Below, one piece after another: positions 51,100 to 63,475 of a stretch of 64,000 nucleotides of DNA; position 1 is the stretch's first letter; every line of letters begins with the position of its first letter. This stretch comes from Antedon mediterranea (Eukaryota; Animalia; Echinodermata): positions 18,848,001-18,912,000 of the forward strand of contig NC_092671.1 in the NCBI RefSeq assembly GCF_964355755.1, read 5' to 3'. A program made the position numbers and the translations under genes. The notes below the pieces were generated by a model. That model saw only the letters and a list, made by a program, of their open reading frames with translations. It had not been told where the DNA came from and searched no databases.

Positions 51100-51825
51100 A
51101 ACCAAATGTCTCTGGGCTGCCTGTCTGTAGGTTGGTAGCATTATATCTTGTTCTACGCCTGGGTTGACGTAGACAAGCAGCTCATCAAGGTAACGCATGG
51201 CTTTATCTGCTGAAGCAGAAACTGTCTACTTGCAACATCATTGGTCATTGCAAATGTAAGAATCATGGTGAGAATGTCGTTGGGTAGATAAAGATATGCT
51301 TTCTACGTCTTCCTCATTTACTTCGTTGTCTGTCGGCCTATTTACATCATTTAGACATTCTCCAGTGCTGTCATCGTTTACTTCTCGATCAATGTATTCA
51401 ACGTTTATTCCTTGATGAGTATTATCTTTATCGGTTGCTCTTTCAGTTTTGTCATTGTTTACTTCGTCTGTATCTTTATCGATTATGCTTTCGTCGGTAT
51501 CTGATGTCTCATCTACAACAATAGGCCTATGATCCATGTCTCTTTCAAAAACAATCTGGGAACTGTTACGAATGATATTAAGTATTTCCCCATTATTGTT
51601 TTTAAGTGACAGGTAGTGCTCATTGTTGCCTTCTGGTAGATGTCCTAGCACAATATATTGCAAATTGAAGGTGAAAATGTTGGCATCATCTGGTGAAATC
51701 AACGTTGTTCCTCCACCTAAAGAACTTATGACCAATATCTGAATGTTTAAAATATCGGCAATTGCCTGTAGGGTTATTTGGTCACCATAAGTTCCATTTC
51801 TTGAACACCCGATTCTGTCTGTCAA
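51100..51825 (-). pseudogene. OTU-like cysteine protease C-terminal half + acidic linker + F-box-like motif (frameshifted)
   Basis: GTYGDQITLQAIADILNIQILVISS...LGHLPEGNNEHYLSL (OTU His box); shifted frame at ~51300 gives YLPNDILTMILTFAM. Confidence 0.6.
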
Positions 51826-53309
51826 TAGGTGGTATCTGGAAAACTATAGCAAGTCATACACGTTGCTGTCTGCATAAATGCTGTACTTTTAACACACGGT
51901 ACACTGTCCTGTACCACAGTGTCTGTTGACAATTTACAATGATGTACAACCAAAGGCTATCCAATCCGTGACTCTTGGATCGCCGCCGGGATTAATCGCT
52001 GCTCGAGTCGCTTCTGTTTCGGTTCGCGAAATACTTGTGACGTATCTTCAGCAATACCTAGATGTATATGTAGATGAATTACACATATTATAATAATAAT
52101 AATCAGTTAATGTATCAATTATAAGAATGCGTAAAATAGTTTTAAGCCTTAAGTGAGTGCGGCCTATAAGGTCGAAACGACACGAGCCCGAACAAAGACT
52201 CTCAGACATTTCGTCCGGATTCTTTTCAATCGAGACGTTTCGCCCCTTTGAGAATTTGGAGGGTGATTCCAAAAATAACTGTTTTATAAAAACCACTAAA
52301 TAGTCCTATGATTTTTATCACAACTCAATGTTGTATGGTCTATCAAACCATAGAAAAAATCAAACATTTCCTCCCTGTCTGTGCAGACGTATAGATAGAT
52401 AGAAAAAACATTTCCGGAACCTCCGACGCAACTAAGGGGGAAATAATTATTGGGACAAAACAGGGCTCTAATGGTGAGTGAGCAGTGAAGGCGGCCGAAA
52501 TGATCGCGGACACCCTCTGTCGAATAGTAACCCTTCGTAAGCGTCCATTCGTTCGCGCTCACTGGATCACACACACGATTCGATTGTAATGGAGCTGTCT
52601 TGTTCGGTGGTGGCCATGGGAAATGATTAGATTACCGTACATGGGTACATTTACTGTAGGCGTACATTAAAAAAGGGTCTCTAGGCTATGCGTATGCATC
52701 TGTTGAGCCATTCCTACTACTACTACTAGCCTATTATAATCATTGTAAACTCAGTGTTTATTAATTAGGCTTAGGCCTAGCCTCTACCCAGGCGGAAATA
52801 CTTTTTTACAGGCACATGACGCTGCCTAGGCCCAAATAGGCCCTCTGGCAGGGAGTTGTAATAAACAACTCCCTAAATGGACCAGGCTAGAATGAATAGC
52901 CTAATAATATTTGTAGATGCCGCAATACAAACACAAATACAACTTGGTTACTGTTTAATTTTAATGCGTTGTCCTGATATGATCTTCAACGATTAACTGA
53001 AACAATCATCAAACATACATAAGATAAAGGGGATAGATCAGAACTAGGCCTAGGCTAGCATAAACAAAACATACAAAACATGTAAACTCAATCAAAGGGT
53101 ACAGATATTTACCGTACAGTTGAATGTCCCTGATGTGGACAACTACATTGCGCAGTGAATCGCTAACTGGTGATCCGAAACGTGGCACCCGGCCGCGGGC
53201 CTGGTGCAAATTGCAATTGAAAAGCTTCTGTTAACCGAACTAAAAATAACTGTACTCTTCCTTATTAATAAAACAACAAAAACACTTCTAGGCCCCTGGC
53301 GGAGCAAGA

Positions 53310-54599
53310 CTATTCCGGCATCAGGTCCCGGCCATTCTTCCATGTGAGGTTCAGGACCTCACTGGCCTCCATTCCCGTAACCTTCCCCGGTGGCCCGGCG
53401 GACGAAAGTGAGGGGCGTCCGTCTCCAGTAGGACCCGCCGCTCCGACTGGTACAGCTGGGAAGGCTCGATCGCCCGACCCCAAAATTAAAACTGAAATAG
53501 GTCATTGGGAAGAATCTCAGGAACTCTTCCACAATGAATACCGAGGACGAAAAACTGTGCAAAATCAGTTTTTGCCCACGGGGTACCCCCACCAGCCGAA
53601 GAAGGTCCAGCCCTCGGAGGTAGCATTCCTCCCTCGTTGGGTCCGTCGCCGGACCCCGCAAGTGCAGAGTCAGCACGTGGTGACGCTGGGGACAGAAACA
53701 TTCCCGCAAGATCCGCTCCAGGAGCCGATCATGTCGGGGCCAGTCAGTGATCGACCGGTTTTGGTCCAGACCCACCTCTCCCAGCGCCCGAACACTCAGG
53801 TTCTGGGCCAACCCCCAAAAAGTAGCAAATTCCCGCGCCGACACCATGCGCGTGGTGTGCAGCCCAATTGAAACGTAGTTGTACGGCGGAGACTGTATCA
53901 GGTTTATTTCCCTAAGGAGGGAAGGGTAAGTGGGCGGCTCGCGATTGCTCCTATAACGGTGACCCTTGGGTCTCCTGGCTTTACAGGATCTGCATCCCCT
54001 GCACGGCATCCCCTGGTGGCAGCCCTAGGGCCGAAAATAAACGGTCCGGATGAAAGTGTGCGTCAAAAGCGCGGCACAGGGCCAGGATCCCGAGAGCCTC
54101 CCGTCGGCGCACGCCGCTTCCTCCCCCTTCTGTACTACTGTCAGCCGGCGTCTGGGAAGGCACTGGGACCTTCGCCTCCGCCCGCTCAGCAATGGCCATA
54201 AAAGTAACCACCCCCACAAGTTTGGCCATGATGGCCAGTGCTCGGTAGTGTATCAGGACAGCGGGGTGATTGTTAACCCGTGTATGCAGGTCCTCCTCCC
54301 TCCCCTTAAGAACACCGTTCAATTTGAGCATTGCCCCCTGGGTTTTAGGGTCCAAGGCTTCCCAGGACACATCTATGGGAGCAAGCCTCATCTCTTGCAG
54401 GCTATTCAGCAAATCTCGTGGTCCTGCACCAGGACGGACAATATGTTGCCCCCTCGGTCGATGGTGCTGGTTCTTCGTCCATGATAACCACTCGGCTAGG
54501 AGCACTCTGGTCCTCCATTGGCGCCTCTCTCGTGCTCGGGTCACTGGAGGGCGAAGCATCGGCTTGGTCCGTCTTCCCCTCTGATTTTGGGTCACTCAT
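53310..54599 (-). pseudogene. TatD-family (TIM-barrel metal-dependent) nuclease ORF carried by Gypsy element
   Basis: Ordered motifs across frameshifts: FDAHFHPDRL, SIGLH, ALGEVGLD, LTLHLRG, ILHSFS, YFSF, RVLLETDAPHF, GMEASEVLNLTWKNGRDL*. Confidence 0.82.
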
Positions 54600-54669
54600 A
54601 TTTCTGAAACGATAGAAAAATATAAACAATTAAAATTAAATTAATTATTAGATAGTAGGCACCGCCTAG

Positions 54670-54830
54670 ACTGTAACTGGCTCTCGGCAAGCGGCACATT
54701 TGTAACGGTCAATATTGAGCGCACATCTAGCTGCGAAATATTGACACACACTCGTGGTACCAGATGTCACAATAGTCACATTGGATCATGAAAGCCCCAC
54801 ACCAGGACCGCTGGCAAAAACAATACAACT
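54670..54830 (-). pseudogene. PHD finger at C-terminus of Gypsy integrase
   Basis: LYCFCQRSWCGAFMIQCDYCDIWYHECV, then (shifted frame) NIDRYKCAAC: full C4HC3 pattern. Confidence 0.8.
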
Positions 54831-57800
54831 CGCCGCCCGTGGTGGTGTCTGTCCGGTCCATACTCGCTGACGCAGTGGGCAACTGGAAGGTCTGAAGTTG
54901 GGTAGCAACTTGTCCCTGCAAGGCTTTAGTTTATCGTGATTTAGCACCATTACTTTGTTTCGGAACTGAAACCCGAAAAAAGTGAGTCAGGACCCCACAA
55001 TAACCGCCGGTCCTTTCCATGGAGGACACAACTTTTTACTTTTGCCTTTAGGCGTGCTTTCATCCAAGGCATACACCCGGTCCCCCAACCCATAGGAACG
55101 TTTCAGTACTCGAAGGTCATAGTCCTTCTTCATACGCCGCTGGGCTTGCCGAAGAGTGGTGCGGGCTACTTCATGTGCATCTCGGATGGATGGTGTTGAC
55201 CAGCTCCGAGACATAAACCCCCACCCCCCGATCCGGCCCGTCTTCCTGTAACCCCCACCCCCCAAGCATGAAATCAGCCGGAAGGTTCACTTTCCGCCGC
55301 GCCCCAGCATCAACATATACGGTGTAAACCCGGTTGACCGATTAACGGTGGTCGCCCGCAACGCCCCCGCTATTTGAAGTAAGTGGACGTACGTCCCAAT
55401 CCCGTTGCCTCTTCCCCACGAAGCAACGAACCGCATCCATCAGTGTGCGGTTATAGCGCTCGACCTGTCCGTTCGGATGGACGATAACTGGTCGTCTGGG
55501 TTGTATGAATTTGGAGAACTTTACAGAGAGACCCAAAAAGTTCAAACTAAAAAAAAGTTAGCCACTAAGGCCCTGGCCGTCACCTCTGCGGTATGTGAAG
55601 GTAACGGACTAATTTCCACCCATTTTGAGAATTGATCCACCATCATCAGGGTCTGGACGTTACCTGCCTCCGACTTAGGTAATGGTTCCAAGAAATCAAT
55701 GTGGATCCTCTCCATTGGCGCCCCTGTGTGAAACTCCGTCAACGGAGTCCTGCCCTTACGTGCAGTCTTTTTGTTTTGATTGCAGATTTCGCAGGCTCGG
55801 ATGTAGGGCTCTCCACATCTCTCCCCATTCCATACCAAAAAAACTTAGCTCGGAGTCGTAGTTTGGTGCGGGACATTCCCTGGTGCCTGGACGATGGGAT
55901 GTCATGATGAAGCCTCAGGGCCTCGGCATGGAGTTCCCGTGGCAAAATTAGCCGCTTGCCCTCCATGTCATCCCTGAACATGTAAAGGAGCCCATCCTCT
56001 CCGATATGTAACCACTTCACTCCTGAGATCCCCCCACATCGTTTTGAACCAAATTAATGGCATAACACGAAGGCCCCCGTACGACCTCGATCGTAGTCCC
56101 ACCTGGGTCCACCAGCCCCCACCCCCACCCGCTCATTAGGGTCCGGTTCTATCTGCCGGATCTGTGAGATCGGGACCACGTCATCTACGTCTTCCTGGAA
56201 ACGGACCCACCGGCAATGCGCCCTGTTTTATGTATTGTTTTTATGATTGAAGACTTCATACGACAATGATTATTAACAACATTCTGTATTCAGATATCAA
56301 CACATGTGCTCTACAATATATCCACCATGTTGCCTCTGCCCCCGGATAGAGGGCGATATCACTCTTTATACATGCAACACACCCTGACGCAATAAGAGCA
56401 TCCCCCGCATGGAAAATCCCCGGGTCAACTCCCTGCTCAAAGTGGTCAACCGGTTTGGCCTTACATGATAACGCATCTGCGTTCCCATTTAGTACCCCCT
56501 TACGATGTTCCAGGACAAGATTAATTCCTCTATCCACCGAGCTAATTGCCCTTGGGGGTTTTTGAAAGATAGTAACCAGACAAGGCTGCTATGGTCTGTT
56601 CTAACCCGGAAATGTCTACCCAACAGATAGTGTCGAAAATGGCGCGTCAAATACACACCACCGCCAATAATTCTTCTGTACAGTAATTGCGCTGTTTCGC
56701 CGTAAGACGGGTGCTAGCATACGCAATTACCTTCTCCTCCCCTCCCCCCCCCCCCCCTTGTGTAGCCAGTCCCAGGAACTGTTGCAACTCCTTCACCGAG
56801 GTAGGGACGGGCCAATCCTGGACTACTGCGACATCCGTAGCCGAAATCGATAAAGCATCCCCACCAACTACCCGGCCTAGGAATTCCACCTCCCGTTGGA
56901 AAAAGATACATTTTTCGGCTTGAGCTTAAAGCTGCTTGCTCGGAAACGTTCTATAAGGTGTCGGACATTGCCCAAATGGTCATCAAAATCCCGTCCCATG
57001 ACTACAATGTCGTCCAGAAATGCAAGAACGGTGTCCCAGGCTAGCCCCCCTCAATACTAAACCCATAGCCCGTGAAAAAGTGGCCGGGCAATTTGATAGC
57101 CTAAACGGCATTTTAACGAATTCAAATAGCCCGTACTTGGTAATGAACGCCGTTTTTCCCCTATCCTTTTCCCCCATATTAATTTGTCAGTACCCCCATA
57201 TGGCATCCCATTTGAAAAACTACGTGTTGCCCACCAAAGCGTCGAGGCAGTCCCGTACCCACCAAGGGTAGAGGATAGGCGTCTTTAATTGTAACATTAG
57301 TTAGAGCCCGGTAGTCGATACAAAACCGCACAGAGCCGTCCCGTTTGCGTACCAACACCGGCGGGGAGGCCCGCTCTTATACTGAAGGCTGAACCACTCC
57401 TGCATTTTATCGATCTCCTTTTCCTCCACCCCGGCAAAGTGCATGGGAGTTGGTCAGAGTCTTTATCGGATTGGCGGCGCGTCCCCGTATCAATAGTATG
57501 CTCGATACCCTTCAGAGTCCCTATATCAAATTGATGGGCAGCAAAGGCATCTTGGAACTCAATGAGCAGTTGTTTTGCCCTATCGAACTCAAAACCGGCC
57601 AAGGTTTTTCTTACATCCGCTGACATCCCTTCCAGGTGTTGTGGTACCCCACCCTGGTCTGTGGAGGATTTCTCTGATATGTCAACCCCTACGGTGGACA
57701 CCGATCCCACTTGAGAAGGCGCGTGATTACCTTCCCACTCAGTGGCATTCCCCACAACCTCTCCCTGTTTCAGTGTTACATAACTGCCAGTAAGATTCGC

Positions 57801-60800
57801 CACGCAAACTTTGGGAACAGTCTGGCTGGAATTAAAACTTTCCCCTGATTAACGGGCTCAATGAAATAATCAAGGAGATGCTCCCCTGTTACGTCTAACC
57901 GGTACCCCGGCATAGAAGTCTCCCTTCCCTACTAATTTAAAGGAAAGCTCTGCAATTATTGGTGGGCGGGGTCCAGATTGGCTGAGATAATTGTATAATC
58001 AGCAGCGGTATCTACTACAGCTACCGTGCGAACCCCATTTACAAACACTGTGGCTACGCATGCAATGCCTTCGCTGATTCTTGATTTCCAAAAGCGGAAT
58101 AATTATTAATTAATAATCAATTAATTAATGATTAATAACAATCCTAATAGACACACAAATATATGTATCCAATTAATTAATACTAACACACAGTGTAATG
58201 GAATACCGATTCCACTATAGAGGGCGCCACATAAATACACGCAGGTAAACACGGGACTCGTTCAATCTGAATTGCGTTTAAACTTTATTAAATCACACCG
58301 CACCGACCTGGTGACTAATGTAAAATATATAAAAAAAAAAAAATGTCAATAAAAGTGAAGTACAATATCATATCAAAATACAACTCCAAACTAGTTGCGG
58401 TACAACTCATAACATGTGAAACAAAGATATTCAAATCATCCTTAATACATGAAAGGTAGTTGCAGTAAAAAGCTGGCAATTAACAATTTAATAATAATTA
58501 ACGTATAACCGTAGTAACCATGGACTCATCGTAAATTTAATTGCATGTTACACTATGCTCAGAATATCTCAGGAGTTACACCAATTCATAATAGCATCAC
58601 ACATGAATGAATAGTTAAAGCCATTTAAAACAGTTACAATCATCATTCTCAGAAATCATGTGTAATCAGCTCTGATACTAAATCACATAAATCGTAATAA
58701 ATTGTAACCTTATATAAACTGTTGATAAAACCATACTGTATTATAATGCTTACTTAAATTATGGCGCAATACTGATCATTAGCAGCAATCACTAATCAAA
58801 TTCTATTGTTATCGTCTTCACAAATACAATACTCTGTAAATAAATGGTCAACATAATATGAACCCATATGAACAATATAAATCAATCGCAATAATAATAC
58901 TTGTCATTATTTAATACTGCCTTTCGTTATTATTGAGCATGTTTATTCCTAGGCCTAGCCCAGACAGGCTGTACATACGTTGGGCCGTAAGAAACATTGC
59001 ATGCTAGCTGACGGAGCCCTATTCAGCTGGTATCATGAAGTTTAGGTCAACAAGTATAATTCTTAAAATACATATTATACAATAATCCTATTACATGATG
59101 GCATCATAACATATCAATTAACTTTATGTAACATAATATCGTGAAATATAATAATTCAAAGTAAAAAACATACCCTAAAACACACTATCATAGGTTCGCG
59201 AGTAGTTGCACATCTTGCACGGTTCAAATCTAACCAGCTACTAATTTTAAACATACGCAGAAAAACAAGCAAAAAGACGTCAACACTATGCAACTATAGA
59301 GGGCAATAAAAGAGTAAACATATATAATGAATTAAATTACACACCGTACCGCAATAACGCGGCAAATTCTTTTCCTACTGACCTTGGAAACTAATTTGCA
59401 TACTATGCGGAACAAGTGTGTCTTCTATCGCTCACAGAAATTCCTTATAAAGCAAGCAGAAATACAGGATTAATTATCCTTTTTCCAATTTGAGGGCGAC
59501 AAACACAAAAATAATAAAGACAGTTGGCATTAACAATATTTATAATCTGTACTACTAGTACTACTGATCACGGTTGGCTAGATAAGGCTAGTATTGACTA
59601 TTCTGTCGCAGGAATGTCACTTTGCGAATTGTGATGACATTTCGCACCTTTTACTAGAATATAAAATAGAATAGAATATCGGTCGGTTGGTCGGTCCGGT
59701 ATCACTTTGCGTTTTATCGCTTTTTCTGTACTTTTTGAACTGTTTTGATGTACAGACAAGTTTTAACTATGTCTGTCGGTCGGTCCAGTATCACTTTGCG
59801 TTTTATCGCTTTTTCTGTACTTTTTGAACTGTTTTCATGTACAGACAAGTTTTAAAGTACTTTTCTGAGACTTCTGTACATTTCTGAGACTTCTGTACAT
59901 TTATAAGACTTATGTACATTTCTAATACTTTTTCTAAGGCATTACATTTGTAAGTTGTTCTGTCACTTTAAGTTATTATATACGGGCTGTTGTGTCATTT
60001 AATATTCTATCTAAGCTTCCTAACAGAAAAGAGTTCACTGTGCTTGTTTATTAAAAGAGCAAGAACAACAGCAAGAAACAGCAAGAGCAAAGTTTATATA
60101 TTATATAATATTTTATTCATGCAAAACAAGACAGTTTGCAGCATGGTCAGAGTAGTAAGGCCAATGTGTAAAGAGTTCAAAACCTCTCTCTGATCTGATG
60201 TAAACATGATCAATAAGTCCCCCTTTTTCATGGGTTGGATATTGCACAGACTGACTGAAACCTTTTGAGAGGATCCAGGTTACAATGGGGTGTACAGTAC
60301 GTAAGATATCAATGTTGAAATCACCTATAATATAACACTGTTCACAATCATCAATGAGTGAGTCTAAATGCTGTAAAAACTCAGCAGATGAAGCATTTTG
60401 AGACCTGTACACGTTTATCACATGCAGATATCTACTTGAACATTTGGTCATTGGAAATCATTTTTTGTTTACTTCTTCAGAAAGATAAAAACCTTTTTTG
60501 AAATAGATTGGTTAAGTGCAGATAATATCCATCAATATTTAGGTGGTCGTTGGAGTAGTCATCTTCACACCATGTTTCTTGTAGACAGACAACCATAGAC
60601 AGATTCAATGTATAGTCTACTTTAAGATCATGGATTTTATCAGGTAAAGACCAAATATTTAAGCTTGAAATACCAATACTCTTCCTGATAAGTGATTCAA
60701 TTTTGTTCATGGAGATATCAGAAAGCCCGTTAAGCTCTGTCATTGCTAATTTAGATGGATATAGTTTATCAGATGGAATTTTTTCAATTATATACAGTTG

Positions 60801-61389
60801 ACTAACGTACACGACTAAGCATAATTAAGCTTGGGCTGGCTCTCTAACACCTCTTAAATCAAGGATAAGAGAGTTAGGCTTGGCCACGGTTGCTCCTTGC
60901 ATCTTATGAGCAGTGCAGGCAAAGGAAAGTTTGAGGGGAAATTGTACAGCAGCTAACATCTGATTACCAGTTTGTTTTGACTCTGCCTTTCTGGTCAAAA
61001 ATAAAACTAACAATTTTCCCCCATTGCTCCATTTGTTAAACAATCAATTACATCGACAGTGTATGTCAACATAACCTTTGCCCCTTTTTTTAGTTTTAGA
61101 TGCTTTTGAAGGGGGGTGTTGAAAATAGAACCATCATTGGATGTTTTGGTTTTTGGTTCTTTTTGAGCCGTACTGCAGATTTGCTGATGTCTACTAATTG
61201 TAAATTGTTTTGATTGGACATCGGAGCCATTCTTATTATTGGTCCAAGGCATTTCTCTTTATATCCGGGATGATGATCTTCTAGCTCAGATTCCCAATCA
61301 CTTCTTAAGGCATGAACACCATTCTTGTATAACTTGCGGTGACATGAAATGCATGTGTATGTCCATGCTGAATCAGCACTTTCAGTCTA

Positions 61390-61830
61390 CCTTTTTGTTT
61401 TTCATCTTCACGTTTCAACTTAAAAGCTGTTTCATTTTTTGTCTTTTACAATCTCTTTCACTTTGCTTTCTTCTGCCCTTTTTTGCTTAAAAGCTGTTTC
61501 ATTTTTCTGTCTCTCAGATTCTCTTTGCTTATGTTTTTCTTCTGCTAGTTTCTGTTTAAACAGAGTTTCATTCTTCTGACTCTTTAAATCTCTTTCACTT
61601 TGCTTTTCTTCTGCCCTTTTTTGCTTAAAAGCTGTTTCATTCTTCTGTCTCTCAGATTCTCTTTGCTTTTGTTTTTCTTCTGCTAGTTTCTGTTTAAACA
61701 AAGTTTCATTCTTCTGACTCTTTTCGTTTGATCTTTTTTGCCGAAAGGATTGTTCATTTTTTTGCCTCTCTGATTCTCTCTGGTTTTGTTTTACTGCTGC
61801 AGATTTCTGTTTGTACAGACTTTCATTTTC
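61390..61830 (-). repeat. ~69-bp (23-aa) coding tandem repeat in Helentron
   Basis: QKNETxFKQKxAEEKQxxRxxxx repeated ~5-6 times in ORF 61432-61953. Confidence 0.75.
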
Positions 61831-62719
61831 ATGTCTTTTTGCTTCACGATAGTTTTTCTTATTTATTTGTACTTTTGTTTTTCTTCTTGACATTGATTCA
61901 CTTTTCAATTTCTCAAGATCATAATGGTTTCTGCATGTGGATTTTTGTTGCAAATGTCTGATTCTTTTAAATCCTCTGTAGCACCCAATGCACTTTTCAA
62001 ATTTTCTTTGGTTGTGAGTTTGTTAGATAAGTCATCACTTTGAATTCTTTGTCCTAGGTTCACAGAGCAGGCCTTCATAAAGATTCTTGTTCCATGAATA
62101 TCAGTATATGCGTCCAAGTCATTCCTTGGCTGTGGTTGGAGTTTGGATTCAGAAGAGTTTGCAGCTGATGAATTCTGTTCTGAGTTTTCAGACGAAATGC
62201 TGATTGTTTCTGTGGAAGATGAAAGTTTTGTCTGTTCATCAACTCTTGAGCCAAGTTGAATGAAGCAGCTTTTCACATTGTGACTGTAGATTCTTGTTTC
62301 AAAGTCAATATGATTTTTAGACTTGTTATCAGATATTAAGGTGGATATTTTGTTTTGAAGATTTGGCATCAGATGCTTTTTGTATAACTTCACTTGAAAC
62401 ATTTGAAATGCTGTCTGGCTCAGTTTTTCCATCATTGAACCAACTACTAATATCTTTTGGCAAATTGGAGAAAGAATGTTGATTTTTTTTAGGAGGATGA
62501 GTGATGAAAATGAAATCCTCCTCACCAGAGTCTTCTGACAAAACATTAATTGTAGTCTTAACTTTTTTGTGTGTGTTACTTGGACCAGAACAAAGTTGTG
62601 TATTTTAGCTCTTTTCAGGAGAATCAACAATTGAAGCAGTTTTAATAAAAAAAAAAAATAGTGTTGTGTTGTAGTGTTTGCTGATCGATTTTGGATTGCT
62701 CCGAGTTTAGAAACTTTCT

Positions 62720-63475
62720 AAAAAATGTAAACATAATTGAGATCAGAGAAAACTGAATTGTCTGCTATTCTCTCAGGAAACTTGGCATCCTCACATTTAT
62801 ACCATCCTCCAGCACACTCCAGCAAAGAATAGTAGTGTCCACTATGCAATAGTCCTTGGTGATTAGTTTGTAATTAACATTCTGTACGGCGATTTTAAAT
62901 GAACCCTTTACAAAAAGAGCATTGTTGAACCTTAAAAGTTCAATGCACAAGTATGGTCCAGACTCTGTGAACTGTTTATCAACAGTAAAGTTCTGTTCAG
63001 ATGGATTTGAACATTTACTGCAGCGCTTATTTACAGTGCTTTGACTGAAATAGCGATTTATCATTGGAGTCTTACTGGTGTTGAAGAGAAAACGATCTGT
63101 CACTTATTGGGTCTTGAACACAAGAAGAACAGTGAGAAGTTCTTAGTGCATGAAACTGATTTTTCATGGTGAATCTGAAGGGATTTTGGTGTGAGGGATA
63201 ACACCGTTGAATGAGAGTATCCATGAATTCCTTGGCATCTTGCTGTGTGCCTACTGCAAAGTCCCCACCAATCAATTTTCGAATTTTAGCAGCACTTTTT
63301 ATTTCTGAAGGTCCTTGAGCAAGAAAAATATTTTTCAATTCACATTTGAGAGAATGGCTAGTCATAGCTTGCACAATATGGTTTCTAATTGAGTAAGTTC
63401 TTCGTAGAACTTGAATTATGCTGTTGCAGAAACAAGCGTTTCTATCATCTCCATTTGCTGTGTTTATGAGAAGGA
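62720..63475 (-). pseudogene. Ubiquitin-specific protease (peptidase C19) domain within Helentron
   Basis: Cys box LINTANGDDRNACFCNSIIQVL, FAVGTQQDAKEF, LCIELLRF, His box HQGLLHSGHYYSLL...WYKCED. Confidence 0.8.

Larger units (their letters stand above)
53310..58080 (-). mobile_element. Gypsy element copy B: pol (PR-RT-RH-IN-PHD) plus extra TatD ORF; frameshifted, LTRs not resolved
   Basis: VVDTAAD protease (~58000), KTAFITKYGLFEFVKMPF and AFLDD RT, EELLAVV/RTDH RNase H, HHDIPSSRHQG...CEIC, IHIDFLEPLP, NGQVERYNRTL, WKGP integrase. Confidence 0.9.

Noticed and set aside
51830-51970. THAP-like start (AFGC...YSFP) upstream of the OTU fragment
   Set aside because: Multiple stops and too few conserved residues to support.
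53310-54599. TatD as bacterial contamination or host TATDN gene
   Set aside because: Contiguous and co-oriented with Gypsy pol, same GC content and decay level, intronless body, eukaryotic splice acceptor at its start.
53344-54615. Several plus-strand ORFs (175, 144, 104 aa)
   Set aside because: Antisense to the TatD ORF; GC-rich shadow frames.
58215-58235. Primer-binding site (minus-strand TGGCGCCC) for Gypsy copy B
   Set aside because: Not preceded by a CA LTR end, no gag between it and the protease, and no matching second LTR found.
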